Shown here: piece by piece, positions 48,755 to 57,846 of the stretch | How positions within the stretch are numbered: position 1 is the first letter of the stretch | Layout of the letters: each line of letters opens with the position of its first letter | NCBI GenBank assembly: GCA_036676395.1 | Contig: JAKFCY010000003.1 | Coordinates: 160,001 to 224,000 of the forward strand | Source: Bdellovibrio sp. | GTDB lineage: Bacteria > Bdellovibrionota > Bdellovibrionia > Bdellovibrionales > Bdellovibrionaceae | Direction: 5' to 3' | DNA: 64,000 nucleotides | Position numbers and translations under genes: made by a program | The notes under the pieces: generated by a model | What the model was told of the DNA's origin: nothing | Databases searched by the model: none | The model's input: only the letters and a program-made list of their open reading frames with translations

Positions 48755-50176
48755 TTATAATCCTTCGTGCACCGTTTTTTCGATCACTTCTAAGGCTAAA
48801 GCAATATCAGCTTCCTGAATAATTGCCGGCACTAAAAAGCGAATACGAATTGGGTCTTTACCGCAAGTAAATGCAATAATTCCATTTTTAAATAATTTTT
48901 TAACAAAAGTTTCTGCTTGTTCTTTTTTGCCTTCAAACGGAGTGAACGCAATCATTAAACCCATACCACCTGCATCTGATAATAATCCTTTGCAAGTTGT
49001 TTCATTTAAACGATTGATGCCTTGAACGAAGTGATTATGAATTTGATTAATGCGGCCGTTTGGTCCGATGTAACCTTCTTCAAGCATTTCTAAAATTTCA
49101 AGACCCGCAGTCATTGCACTTGATCCGCCTGAAAAAGTTCCGGCGATCAAGCCTGGTTTTGGATTGTACTCTTCAGTGTAAAGAGTTGCGCCTAACTGAA
49201 CTGTTTTTGCGATAGTTACGATATCAACGTATTCGCCAAGGTTCATTGTTTCAAAAGCAAAAAATTCGCCAGTGCGTGCGAAAGTTTGAACTTCATCAGC
49301 CCACACAGCGATATGCTGTTGTTTACAAAATGCTAACATTGGTTCATAGAATTCACGCGGTGTTGGAACAAAGCCGCCTTCACCTAACATTGGCTCAAAA
49401 GAAAATGCAGCGATTTGTTTATCAAATTTAGCAGCATGTTCTTTTAAAGTGCGAAGCGCAGTCTCAGAAGATTTTGGATCTTTTTTATCAAAGTTCGGAA
49501 TACGTAATACTTCGTTGTATTCTGGCAAACCTTGTTTGTACGCAGGGTTATCAGTCACTTCAGCCATCATTGTTGAACGACCGGCAAAAGCATTTTTCAT
49601 CGCTACGATCATCTTCGCCGGAGAATTTTTCTGGCGCGCCATTTTTACAGCGTTTTCGTTAGCCATTGTTCCGCATGTTGAAAACCAGGCGTGTTTAAGA
49701 CGAGAGTTACGGCCAGCAATCTGAACTAATTTTTCAGTAAGTCTGATGTATTCATTATTCGGTTGAATATTACCTTGCATCACTACATCTGATAAAGCAC
49801 CGCGAACAGCGGCTTTCATAACACGTGGATGCGAATGCCCCATTAAATGAATTCCGATACCATTGATCAAATCCATTTTCACGCTGCCATCTTCTAGTTC
49901 AACATAAACACCTTGGCCCGCACCAGTGCCGACATACTGGTGATAAAGTGGACGACCACGAAGTACACCAATGTGCTCAATTTTATTTTTTGAACGCTCA
50001 ACTAAAGTTGGTTGAGGTGGTTGAATAGTTTGAATGGCACTGTTGATCACCATAACTTCATCCACTAAATCGTTTACCAGACCTTCAACAACAGGATCGT
50101 GGTCAAGTTTTCTACCGGTTAATAATTCATCTGTACTTTGCACTTTGGCGATCGCGCCTTTGATTGCTGATAACAT
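48755..50176 (-). CDS. Class III PLP aminotransferase (AstC/ArgD-like)
   Basis: GHSHP, GTMANENAVK, EPMLGEGG, DEVQT, TIAK. Confidence 0.88.
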   Translation of the reverse strand: MLSAIKGAIAKVQSTDELLTGRKLDHDPVVEGLVNDLVDEVMVINSAIQTIQPPQPTLVERSKNKIEHIGVLRGRPLYHQYVGTGAGQGVYVELEDGSVKMDLINGIGIHLMGHSHPRVMKAAVRGALSDVVMQGNIQPNNEYIRLTEKLVQIAGRNSRLKHAWFSTCGTMANENAVKMARQKNSPAKMIVAMKNAFAGRSTMMAEVTDNPAYKQGLPEYNEVLRIPNFDKKDPKSSETALRTLKEHAAKFDKQIAAFSFEPMLGEGGFVPTPREFYEPMLAFCKQQHIAVWADEVQTFARTGEFFAFETMNLGEYVDIVTIAKTVQLGATLYTEEYNPKPGLIAGTFSGGSSAMTAGLEILEMLEEGYIGPNGRINQIHNHFVQGINRLNETTCKGLLSDAGGMGLMIAFTPFEGKKEQAETFVKKLFKNGIIAFTCGKDPIRIRFLVPAIIQEADIALALEVIEKTVHEGL

Positions 50177-50278
50177 CGTTTTTTCCTCGTAGTTCTAGAG
50201 AGTGTTTTTAGGTAGATAGAATACCTTGTTGCGACGAGCTATGACAAGGAAAGCACTTCATCGTTAGACTTTGGCTAT

Positions 50279-51052
50279 ATGCAGCCAACAGCCGAATTTC
50301 AGCAACAGTTTCAAAAGGCGTTATCTCTTCAACAAGAGAAAAAATATGACGAGGCTTTAACGGCTTATAAGTCACTTTTAGAGCAAAACCCCGACCTTAG
50401 CCGAGATCAAATCGCTGATATTAGCTATAATGCGGCCTTAACCAGCTTTAATAAACAAAGTTTTTTAGAAAGTTATGTTTATAACCAAAAAGCTATTTTA
50501 CTAAACCCCCGGCATGATCAAGCTCTAGAGCTGGCAACCAAGATTAAAACGCAATTTCAGGTTAAAGCTACCCCCCATGATATTTCGCTTATCGAAAATT
50601 TAAACAAAGCCGGTCTGCAAGTCGTTCCTGTTGAAGCTTTATGGGTTTTAGCCACTCTATTTTTAGTGATTTTTTTGCGCAGTGTTTTTGGCTATTTCTT
50701 AAATCGAAAAAAAGAAATTTTAGAGAACTTAAAGTTCAGCCGTTTTTCTTTTAAGAACTATTTTTGGTTAGTTTTATTTCTGATTTTTTCGTATTTTTCA
50801 GGGCTAAAAATCTGGGAAGAGCAAATTCCAAAAGCTCTTATTCGCACCGAACAGGCGTCATTAAAAACCGCAGCTGGCGAAAATCAGGCGACCCTGGCGG
50901 ATCTGCCTGGCGGCAGCCTTGTGCACATTTTGCGGGTCGCCAAAATTGATGAAATTCTTTATTTTCAAATTAAATATCCCGGCGGAATTTCAGGCTGGAC
51001 GAAGAAAGACGATTTGGAGCTTATTTCTGCACCAAATTTGCCCAAGGACTAA
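50279..51052 (+). CDS. TPR-TM-SH3-like protein (BatE-like)
   Basis: N-terminal TPR, two TMs, C-terminal SH3b-like ..GWT.. Confidence 0.7.
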   Translation: MQPTAEFQQQFQKALSLQQEKKYDEALTAYKSLLEQNPDLSRDQIADISYNAALTSFNKQSFLESYVYNQKAILLNPRHDQALELATKIKTQFQVKATPHDISLIENLNKAGLQVVPVEALWVLATLFLVIFLRSVFGYFLNRKKEILENLKFSRFSFKNYFWLVLFLIFSYFSGLKIWEEQIPKALIRTEQASLKTAAGENQATLADLPGGSLVHILRVAKIDEILYFQIKYPGGISGWTKKDDLELISAPNLPKD

Positions 51053-51137
51053 CCAAAATCAGACGCGTTAGTGTCTAATTTTTTTGACTTCAATGCCCCC
51101 TTGGGTTGATATATTTTCGAGGTCAACTGTGAATTCT

Positions 51138-51884
51138 ATGGCAAGTGTTAAATCATTGAAATTATTTGTAGTTTCTTTAATGGCGTGGGGCTTTCTTTTC
51201 TCGTGCGCCACTCAAGAAAAAGATTTAAATACGGCAGAAGGTCTTTTTGCATACGCTAAAGAATTTCAAGATGCTGAGCGCTTTGAAGTAGCTTTAGCAA
51301 AATACGCTGACGTTAGAAACAAATTTCCATACAATAACTTAGCGACTGAAGCAGAACTTGCTATTGCTGATGTTCATTATATGCGTGAGTCGTACACTGA
51401 ATCAGAAGTGGCTTACCAAAATTTTCGCGATCTTCATCCAAAACATCCAAAATCAGATTACGTTTTATACCGAATTGCCATGAGTTATTACATGCAATTA
51501 CCTGAAACGATCGATCGTGATCTAACAGTTGGAAAAGATGCGATTTATCATTTCAGCGAATTAGTAAAATTGTATCCCAAGTCTGAATACGTTGCCGACA
51601 GTAAAACTAAACGTGACGAAATCTATTCGCGCTTGGCGCAAAAAGAAATTTACATTGCTGATTTTTATTTTAAACAAGAAAAGTATTCTGCAGCACTCCG
51701 CAGATATGAATCGACTTTATATAAGTTTCCGGGGCTTGGTTTTGAACCAAGAGCACTTTTCGGCGCAGCTAAATCTGCAAAATTTATCTCTGACAAGAAA
51801 AAACAAGACCAGCACGCCAACACGTTAACTACAAAATATCCAAATTCTGATGAAGCACGATTGTTAAAAAGCGAGGGGCTATAA
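51138..51884 (+). CDS. bamD: Outer membrane protein assembly lipoprotein BamD
   Basis: FSC lipobox; FRDLHPKHP, DRD, YP.SEY, LAQKEIYIADFY. Confidence 0.9.
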   Translation: MASVKSLKLFVVSLMAWGFLFSCATQEKDLNTAEGLFAYAKEFQDAERFEVALAKYADVRNKFPYNNLATEAELAIADVHYMRESYTESEVAYQNFRDLHPKHPKSDYVLYRIAMSYYMQLPETIDRDLTVGKDAIYHFSELVKLYPKSEYVADSKTKRDEIYSRLAQKEIYIADFYFKQEKYSAALRRYESTLYKFPGLGFEPRALFGAAKSAKFISDKKKQDQHANTLTTKYPNSDEARLLKSEGL

Positions 51885-51886
51885 AC

Positions 51887-52612
51887 ATGAGATCTTTTTC
51901 TGGACAACTTCTTGATGAAGCTCGTGAAGCCTTTATTGATGGTAAATACCAACAGGCTGAACCGCTGTTAATGCAGCCGACGTTAATCAATTCGAACAAT
52001 CCTGAAATTTACCAAATGTTAGCAACGATCTATTACAATCGCGGCCAATTTAATAAGGCGATTAAAACATTTAAAAAAGCTTTAGAAATTGATCCTTCAT
52101 ACAGCGACGCGGCAGTGGGCTTATCAATTATTTTAAATGACCTTGGCAAATACGACGAAGCCAAAAAAGTTTTCGAACAGGCGCAAACGATTGTTGATAA
52201 GAAAAAATCTTTTCAACTAAGTTCAAACTTAGAAGAAAAAATCGCTTCTAAACATATTGAAACTGCTGACTTGTACTTACAAATTCGCCGTTTCGATGAA
52301 GCTCTAGAGCAATACATGAAGGCTTATCACTTATCTTCGAAAAAAGGCGATATCGCTTTATTAATTTCTGAATGTTACGTGCAAGCCGGACACAAAGAAA
52401 AAGCGATCAAAGAATTAAAAGCTGTTATCCAGTACGACAGTAAATTAATTAAACCTCGTCTTAAGCTTGGATTAATCCTATACAACTCGCATATGGTTGC
52501 GGAAGCTGTTGAACAGTGGGAAAATATTATTCGCTTAGACCCAAAAAACACTGAAGCCTTACGTTACTTAAAAATGGCTCAGACTACTGGTATTACTAAT
52601 TTAGAATATTAA
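51887..52612 (+). CDS. TPR-repeat protein
   Basis: Multiple TPR repeats (KKALEIDP..A). Confidence 0.88.
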   Translation: MRSFSGQLLDEAREAFIDGKYQQAEPLLMQPTLINSNNPEIYQMLATIYYNRGQFNKAIKTFKKALEIDPSYSDAAVGLSIILNDLGKYDEAKKVFEQAQTIVDKKKSFQLSSNLEEKIASKHIETADLYLQIRRFDEALEQYMKAYHLSSKKGDIALLISECYVQAGHKEKAIKELKAVIQYDSKLIKPRLKLGLILYNSHMVAEAVEQWENIIRLDPKNTEALRYLKMAQTTGITNLEY

Positions 52613-52636
52613 TTTATTCAGTTAAAAGGATTTATT

Positions 52637-53155
52637 ATGAAACAAATTCGCGACGAAATGGCTGCATTTTTAAAACAAGAAGATATCCAAAAATTAGTGG
52701 GTAAATTAGCTGCTCAAATTGAAAATGATTATGAAGGCCGCGAAATTATCTTTATCTGCCCTTTACGCGGTTCAATTCACTTAACGGCAGATCTTATGCG
52801 CCGTATTTCATTACCTCAGCAAGTTGATTTCGTTTTTGTTCGCTCGACTGAAAAAGGCGGTGCAATCAGCATGACTAAAGATATTTCTATAAATATCACA
52901 GGCAAAGATGTGATCATCGTTGAAGAGATCATCGATACAGGCCGTACATTAAGTTTTTTAAAAGACCGTTTATTGGCCGCAAAACCAGCGTCTTTAAAGA
53001 TCGTAACGTTATTAGATAAGCCAGCACGCCGCGAATTACCAATTCGCGCTGATTACATCGGTAAAACGATTGAAGATCGTTACGTGGTTGGTTACGGCAT
53101 GGATAGCGATGAAAAAGGCCGTAACTACTCTGAAATTTACGTTCTTAAGAACTAA
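52637..53155 (+). CDS. hpt: Hypoxanthine phosphoribosyltransferase
   Basis: VIIVEEIIDTGRTL PRPP-binding loop, LLDKP.RR, VVGYGMD. Confidence 0.9.
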   Translation: MKQIRDEMAAFLKQEDIQKLVGKLAAQIENDYEGREIIFICPLRGSIHLTADLMRRISLPQQVDFVFVRSTEKGGAISMTKDISINITGKDVIIVEEIIDTGRTLSFLKDRLLAAKPASLKIVTLLDKPARRELPIRADYIGKTIEDRYVVGYGMDSDEKGRNYSEIYVLKN

Positions 53156-53233
53156 CTACGTAAATACTGCATTCACTACAAATAAAGTTAATACGCACAC
53201 GACGTACAATAGTACGAAATTTTTTGGAATCAT
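53156..53233 (-). CDS. Unannotated 25-aa hydrophobic peptide
   Basis: MIPKNFVLLYVVCVLTLFVVNAVFT*; GGAGG SD 7 nt before ATG; stop abuts the hpt stop. Confidence 0.6.
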   Translation of the reverse strand: MIPKNFVLLYVVCVLTLFVVNAVFT

Positions 53234-53288
53234 CCTTGATCCTCCGCTGTTGTGCTAAAAATAATTTTTAGCGGGTCTTCCCTTATTT

Positions 53289-53317
53289 AGACTAACGTTA
53301 TGTATGGTTTTAGGCAA
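53289..53317 (-). promoter_or_regulatory. sigma70 promoter for the 25-aa peptide
   Basis: TTGCCT-17 nt-TAGTCT on the minus strand. Confidence 0.55.
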
Positions 53318-53394
53318 GATAGCCAGTCGATGGTCTAGCCATATAGAGCTCTGATCTAGACACCAGTCCTAATATATAAAGTTTAGTGTTCACA

Positions 53395-53409
53395 GTCTCA
53401 TAATGAGAC
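53395..53409. promoter_or_regulatory. Perfect palindrome GTCTCA-TAA-TGAGAC
   Basis: Best copy of the recurrent motif. Confidence 0.65.
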
Positions 53410-53437
53410 GTCAAACTATTAGATAGAGTAACAATAT

Positions 53438-53453
53438 TGGTCTCTACATTGCT
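53438..53453 (+). promoter_or_regulatory. Putative sigma54 -24/-12 promoter
   Basis: TGGTCTCTACATTGCT = GG-N10-GC. Confidence 0.55.
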
Positions 53454-53481
53454 GACTAATACTCTAAAGGGGAGAAATCAA

Positions 53482-55134
53482 ATGAATACAATTAAGGTAT
53501 CAAATCTTTTTACAGCTGTAGGTATTTTTGTAGTCAGTGGGTTTATTGCCGTAAGTACAGCCTTCGCAGCTGATCAATATCCAAATAAAGAAACTTGTGC
53601 CCGCGCTGAACGCAGTAAATGTGAAGCTACTGCAGGTTGTGACAGTCTAAAAGGTGATGAGTATACTACATGTACGGCTAAGTGTGGTCGCAGTACTGAA
53701 ACAAAATGTGAATCTTACACTTCAAGAGATGATGCTAAAGAAAATGATTCAGAGTGTGTAGCTGCATATAAAGCATATCAAGATAGTTTAGCTGATACGA
53801 ACAGTGCGTGCGAAAGCGTCGCTGCCCCTGCTAGCTCATCATCATCTCGTTATTCAGGCACAACAGACACTCGTAAAAAATGTTCTGAAAAAATTCAAGA
53901 ATGTGCTCAGTTCGCCAGCCAAACTTCTGCACAAACAGCACAAGAAGATAACGGTATATCGAGCACACTAAATATCTTTCGCGCAGTTATCGGCGGCGAA
54001 GAATCATTAGGACTTTCTGGCGCCAGCAGTTGCTTAGTTGATATCGATAGCAAAGAAGCGCGCGATGCAGAAAAAGAATTTCGTGATCGTCGTAAAGAAT
54101 TAGAAAAAGAGAAAAAAGATATCGAAAACGATGCGATCAAAGATAAAGAAGATAACGATAAAGAAATCACTCGTATCACAAAAGAAGTTCAGGAATTACA
54201 ACGTGAAAACAAAGAAGTATTAGCTAAAGCTGACGTGAGAATGCGTGAACAATTAAACGCGTCACAAAAAGACATGGTTGATTCAGCAGCCCGTTTACGT
54301 AACTTAACGACACAAATTTCTAAAAAGAACGATTCAGTCAGAGCTTTAAACTTTGCTTATGCTGATCGTATGCTTGATACCTCAACGCAAAAACAAAACT
54401 TACGTTGTAAATCAGCTTTAGACCAAGCTAAAACTTGTATGATCAAATCTGCTAAAGGAATCAAAGACGAAGCTTGTAAGGACTTTCCTTTCACAATTAA
54501 ATCTAAAGGTCCGAAGGCAACGGCTGAATTAAAAGCACAGTTACAAGTTGTTAATGATGCTTGTTATGAAAAAGAAGAGCGCGAAAAAAAGAGATTAAAT
54601 TTTGACCAGCAAGAGCAAATGAAAAAAGTAATGGATGAAATGACTGAACTTCAAGCGCAAGCAAAAGAAGAAGGTCAACGTCAGCAAATCCAATCTGAGA
54701 ATTCAACTAAGATTTCACAAGAAGCTGAGCGCGAAAAACAAGAAGCCGAAGCAAACATGGCGCAACAAATTGCTACCTTACAAGGAGAGATGGCGCAATT
54801 TGCACAAAAACTTGAAGCTAAAAACTTTCGCTCACAGGAGCGTTTAAAAAAATTGGCTGAAGACTTACAAAAATTAGAACTTGAAGAAAAAACAGGAAAA
54901 CGTTCAAAAACAAGCTTAGCTTCAGCAGCTGTTCGCAAAACAAAAGTTGATGTTGAAAACGTAATTGCGCAATGTGGTTGTAACGAAGACATCGCAAATG
55001 CTAAAGCCGGAGACGAAGCCGCTAAAGGCAGTTCAACTAAAGCATTAAACACGTGTAAGGCATTAAAACGTTCTTTACCAGCTGGCGGAGAAGAGAAAAA
55101 GACTCGAACAGGTAAATCGAAGAGTGCTTTTTAA
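53482..55134 (+). CDS. Secreted Cys-rich long coiled-coil protein
   Basis: ATG 53482 with GGGGAG RBS; AFA signal peptide; about 18 Cys; extended E/K/Q heptads. Confidence 0.85.
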   Translation: MNTIKVSNLFTAVGIFVVSGFIAVSTAFAADQYPNKETCARAERSKCEATAGCDSLKGDEYTTCTAKCGRSTETKCESYTSRDDAKENDSECVAAYKAYQDSLADTNSACESVAAPASSSSSRYSGTTDTRKKCSEKIQECAQFASQTSAQTAQEDNGISSTLNIFRAVIGGEESLGLSGASSCLVDIDSKEARDAEKEFRDRRKELEKEKKDIENDAIKDKEDNDKEITRITKEVQELQRENKEVLAKADVRMREQLNASQKDMVDSAARLRNLTTQISKKNDSVRALNFAYADRMLDTSTQKQNLRCKSALDQAKTCMIKSAKGIKDEACKDFPFTIKSKGPKATAELKAQLQVVNDACYEKEEREKKRLNFDQQEQMKKVMDEMTELQAQAKEEGQRQQIQSENSTKISQEAEREKQEAEANMAQQIATLQGEMAQFAQKLEAKNFRSQERLKKLAEDLQKLELEEKTGKRSKTSLASAAVRKTKVDVENVIAQCGCNEDIANAKAGDEAAKGSSTKALNTCKALKRSLPAGGEEKKTRTGKSKSAF

Positions 55135-55194
55135 TAAGACCAAGATCTAGTTACGATTACCCAGAAGGATATTTTTTTGATAGGCTAAGTACCT

Positions 55195-57834
55195 ATGTTG
55201 AAAAAAATACTTCTGGGTCTTTTTGCTTTTATTTTTCTTTCTTTAACTGGCGCATATTTTCTTTATAGTTCAGTTAAAGCTTCACTTCCTGAAGTCATCA
55301 AACTTGAAGATTACAAACCACTTTTAGTTTCACAAGTGTTCGATCGTAACGGAAAAAAAATCGGCGAATTCTCGCGCCAACGCCGTGTACTGATTCCCTA
55401 CAAAGATATTCCTGAATTAGTGATCAAATCTTTTATCGCTGCCGAAGACGATACTTTTTTTGAACATAAAGGCATTAACCTTCAAGCTTTACTGCGTGCT
55501 TTTATTGCCAATATGCGTGCCGGAAGAAACGTTCAGGGCGGATCTACGATTACTCAGCAAGTTGCTAAGACATTGATATTACAAACGAATGAAAAAACAT
55601 ATGCTCGTAAATTAAGAGATATGCTATTAGCCATTCAAATGGAAGAAAATCTATCTAAGGGTGATATTTTATACCTTTATTTAAACCAAATTTACTTCGG
55701 GCAAAGCGCGTATGGCATCGAAATGGCGTCGCAAACTTACTTTAGAAAACCCGCTAAAAATTTAACGATTCCAGAAGCGGCGATGTTAGCAGGGCTACCA
55801 AAAGCTCCTTCAGATTATTCACCGGTCAAAAATCCGATTCGCGCTAAAGAACGACAGGTTTACGTGATTCATCGTTTGCATGAAATTGGTTACATCACCA
55901 AAGAACAACGAGACACGTTCGTAAAAACGCCGATAAAAGTTTATTTAAAAGAAGAGTACGAAATCATCGCCCCGTTTTATTTAGAAACTCTTCGTCAGTT
56001 ATTGGTGCAACAACTTGGTGAAGATGTAATTTTAAATCAAGGTGTACGCATTACGACAGGTTTAGATTTAAACAAGCAAATCGCGGCTAATGAAGCTGTA
56101 ATTAAAGGTCTAAAAGAACTTGATAAGCGCCAGGGCTTTCGCGGCCCACTTAAAGTATTAGAAACCGAAGCTGAATATGCCGAATTTTTAGATAAACAAA
56201 AAAAATCAATTATCACCGAATCAAATCCAGAACGTACGATCTTAGAAGATGGAACATTTGCTGAAGTTGATATTATTAAAAAAGGTCGCATCATCACTAA
56301 AAAAGTTAACGAAAAATTAGCGGCGACTAATTTACCGAGCTATTTAGAAGTCGATAAAAACTACGAAGCTATGGTTACGAATGTAAACGACGCCGAAGCC
56401 TATGTTGAAGTTCAATTACCCGAAGCAAAAGGTTTAATCGAACTTGAAAGTATGACTTGGGCCCGTAAAGTTAATTTTGATGTAAAATCTGAAGGCAACG
56501 AAATTAAAAAACCGTCATCAGCTCTGAAAAAAGGCGATGTGGTTTTAGTCAAAATTTTAGATGAAAAATTCACGTGGCGCAAAACACGCGGAAAAATTCT
56601 TCCGAAATTAGATATTTCAAAACACTTAGCTGTCGAACTTGATCAAGAACCCTTAGTTGAAGGCTCGTTGCTTTCAATTGATCAGCAATCACAAGATGTT
56701 CTGGCCATGGTGGGCGGTTATAGTTTCGCGCGCAACGAGTATAACCGCGCCCTTCAAGCGGCTCGCCAAACAGGTTCTTCTTTTAAAGCTCTGGTTTACG
56801 CTGCTGCTTTAGAAAAAGGTTATAACGCCTCGACAAAAATCATTGATGCCCCACTTGTATACAAACAAAACAGCGGTGAAGAAGGCCAGGGCGATGAAAA
56901 AATCTGGAAACCTTCAAATCACGGTAAAGAATTTAGCGGTGAAATCACCATGCGTAATGCGCTTGTTAAATCTTTAAATATTCCGAGTGTTAAAATCGTA
57001 GAAGACATCGGTGTAGATTTTGCGACTGATTTTTCACAACGTTTAGGAATTTTTTCGAAATTGAATCCAGATTACACTTTGGTATTAGGTTCAAGCTCTG
57101 TGACTTTGTATGAAATGACAAAAGCCTTTTCTCAGTTTGGTCGTTTAGGTAAACGCACGCGCCCAATGATTGTAAAAAAAGTGATTGATACGACAGGCAA
57201 AGTGATTTTAGAAAACCTATCTTTAGATGCCCGCTTTACTAATGAGATGGCACCGATCGAAGAAAAGTTTGCGCAGAAAAGAAAAGAATTCGAAAGCCAA
57301 GATAGCAATGCAGAAAATGCACCGTCATCTCCGTTTTTCTTTGATGATCCAGAACAATTGATTCGCCCAGAAGTTGCAGCAACAATTACACACATGTTGC
57401 GGGGAACTGTTGAAGACGCTTACGGCACTGGCGGACGCGCCGCTCAATTAGGACGCGAAGTAGCAGGAAAAACTGGAACAACAAATGGTTACGTCGATGC
57501 TTGGTTTATCGCCTATTCTCCCCAAATTGCTACAGGCGTGTGGGTTGGATTTGATAAAGAAGCTACAATTGGCCGCGGCGAAGTGGGTGGAAAATCAGCT
57601 CTTCCGATCTGGCTCGATTATATGAAAGCTGCGCACAACGGATTACCCCCTATGTCATTTCCGATCCCCGATGGAGTTAAAATCGTGAAAGTCGACGCTG
57701 AAAGTGGTAAGTTAGCAAACTCGGCTAGCAGCAGAACAATCATGCAAGCGTATCTCGAAGGCACTGAACCAACGGCAGCTGAAAGTCGCAGCGAAGAAAC
57801 AACCGACTACTTGAAGCGGGATATCGAAGAATAA
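55195..57834 (+). CDS. mrcA: Class A penicillin-binding protein PBP1A
   Basis: GT51 motifs (EDDTFFEH, GGSTITQQ), SSFK, SLN and KTGT transpeptidase motifs, OB-like insertion. Confidence 0.93.
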   Translation: MLKKILLGLFAFIFLSLTGAYFLYSSVKASLPEVIKLEDYKPLLVSQVFDRNGKKIGEFSRQRRVLIPYKDIPELVIKSFIAAEDDTFFEHKGINLQALLRAFIANMRAGRNVQGGSTITQQVAKTLILQTNEKTYARKLRDMLLAIQMEENLSKGDILYLYLNQIYFGQSAYGIEMASQTYFRKPAKNLTIPEAAMLAGLPKAPSDYSPVKNPIRAKERQVYVIHRLHEIGYITKEQRDTFVKTPIKVYLKEEYEIIAPFYLETLRQLLVQQLGEDVILNQGVRITTGLDLNKQIAANEAVIKGLKELDKRQGFRGPLKVLETEAEYAEFLDKQKKSIITESNPERTILEDGTFAEVDIIKKGRIITKKVNEKLAATNLPSYLEVDKNYEAMVTNVNDAEAYVEVQLPEAKGLIELESMTWARKVNFDVKSEGNEIKKPSSALKKGDVVLVKILDEKFTWRKTRGKILPKLDISKHLAVELDQEPLVEGSLLSIDQQSQDVLAMVGGYSFARNEYNRALQAARQTGSSFKALVYAAALEKGYNASTKIIDAPLVYKQNSGEEGQGDEKIWKPSNHGKEFSGEITMRNALVKSLNIPSVKIVEDIGVDFATDFSQRLGIFSKLNPDYTLVLGSSSVTLYEMTKAFSQFGRLGKRTRPMIVKKVIDTTGKVILENLSLDARFTNEMAPIEEKFAQKRKEFESQDSNAENAPSSPFFFDDPEQLIRPEVAATITHMLRGTVEDAYGTGGRAAQLGREVAGKTGTTNGYVDAWFIAYSPQIATGVWVGFDKEATIGRGEVGGKSALPIWLDYMKAAHNGLPPMSFPIPDGVKIVKVDAESGKLANSASSRTIMQAYLEGTEPTAAESRSEETTDYLKRDIEE

Positions 57835-57846
57835 GGACCAGGATCA

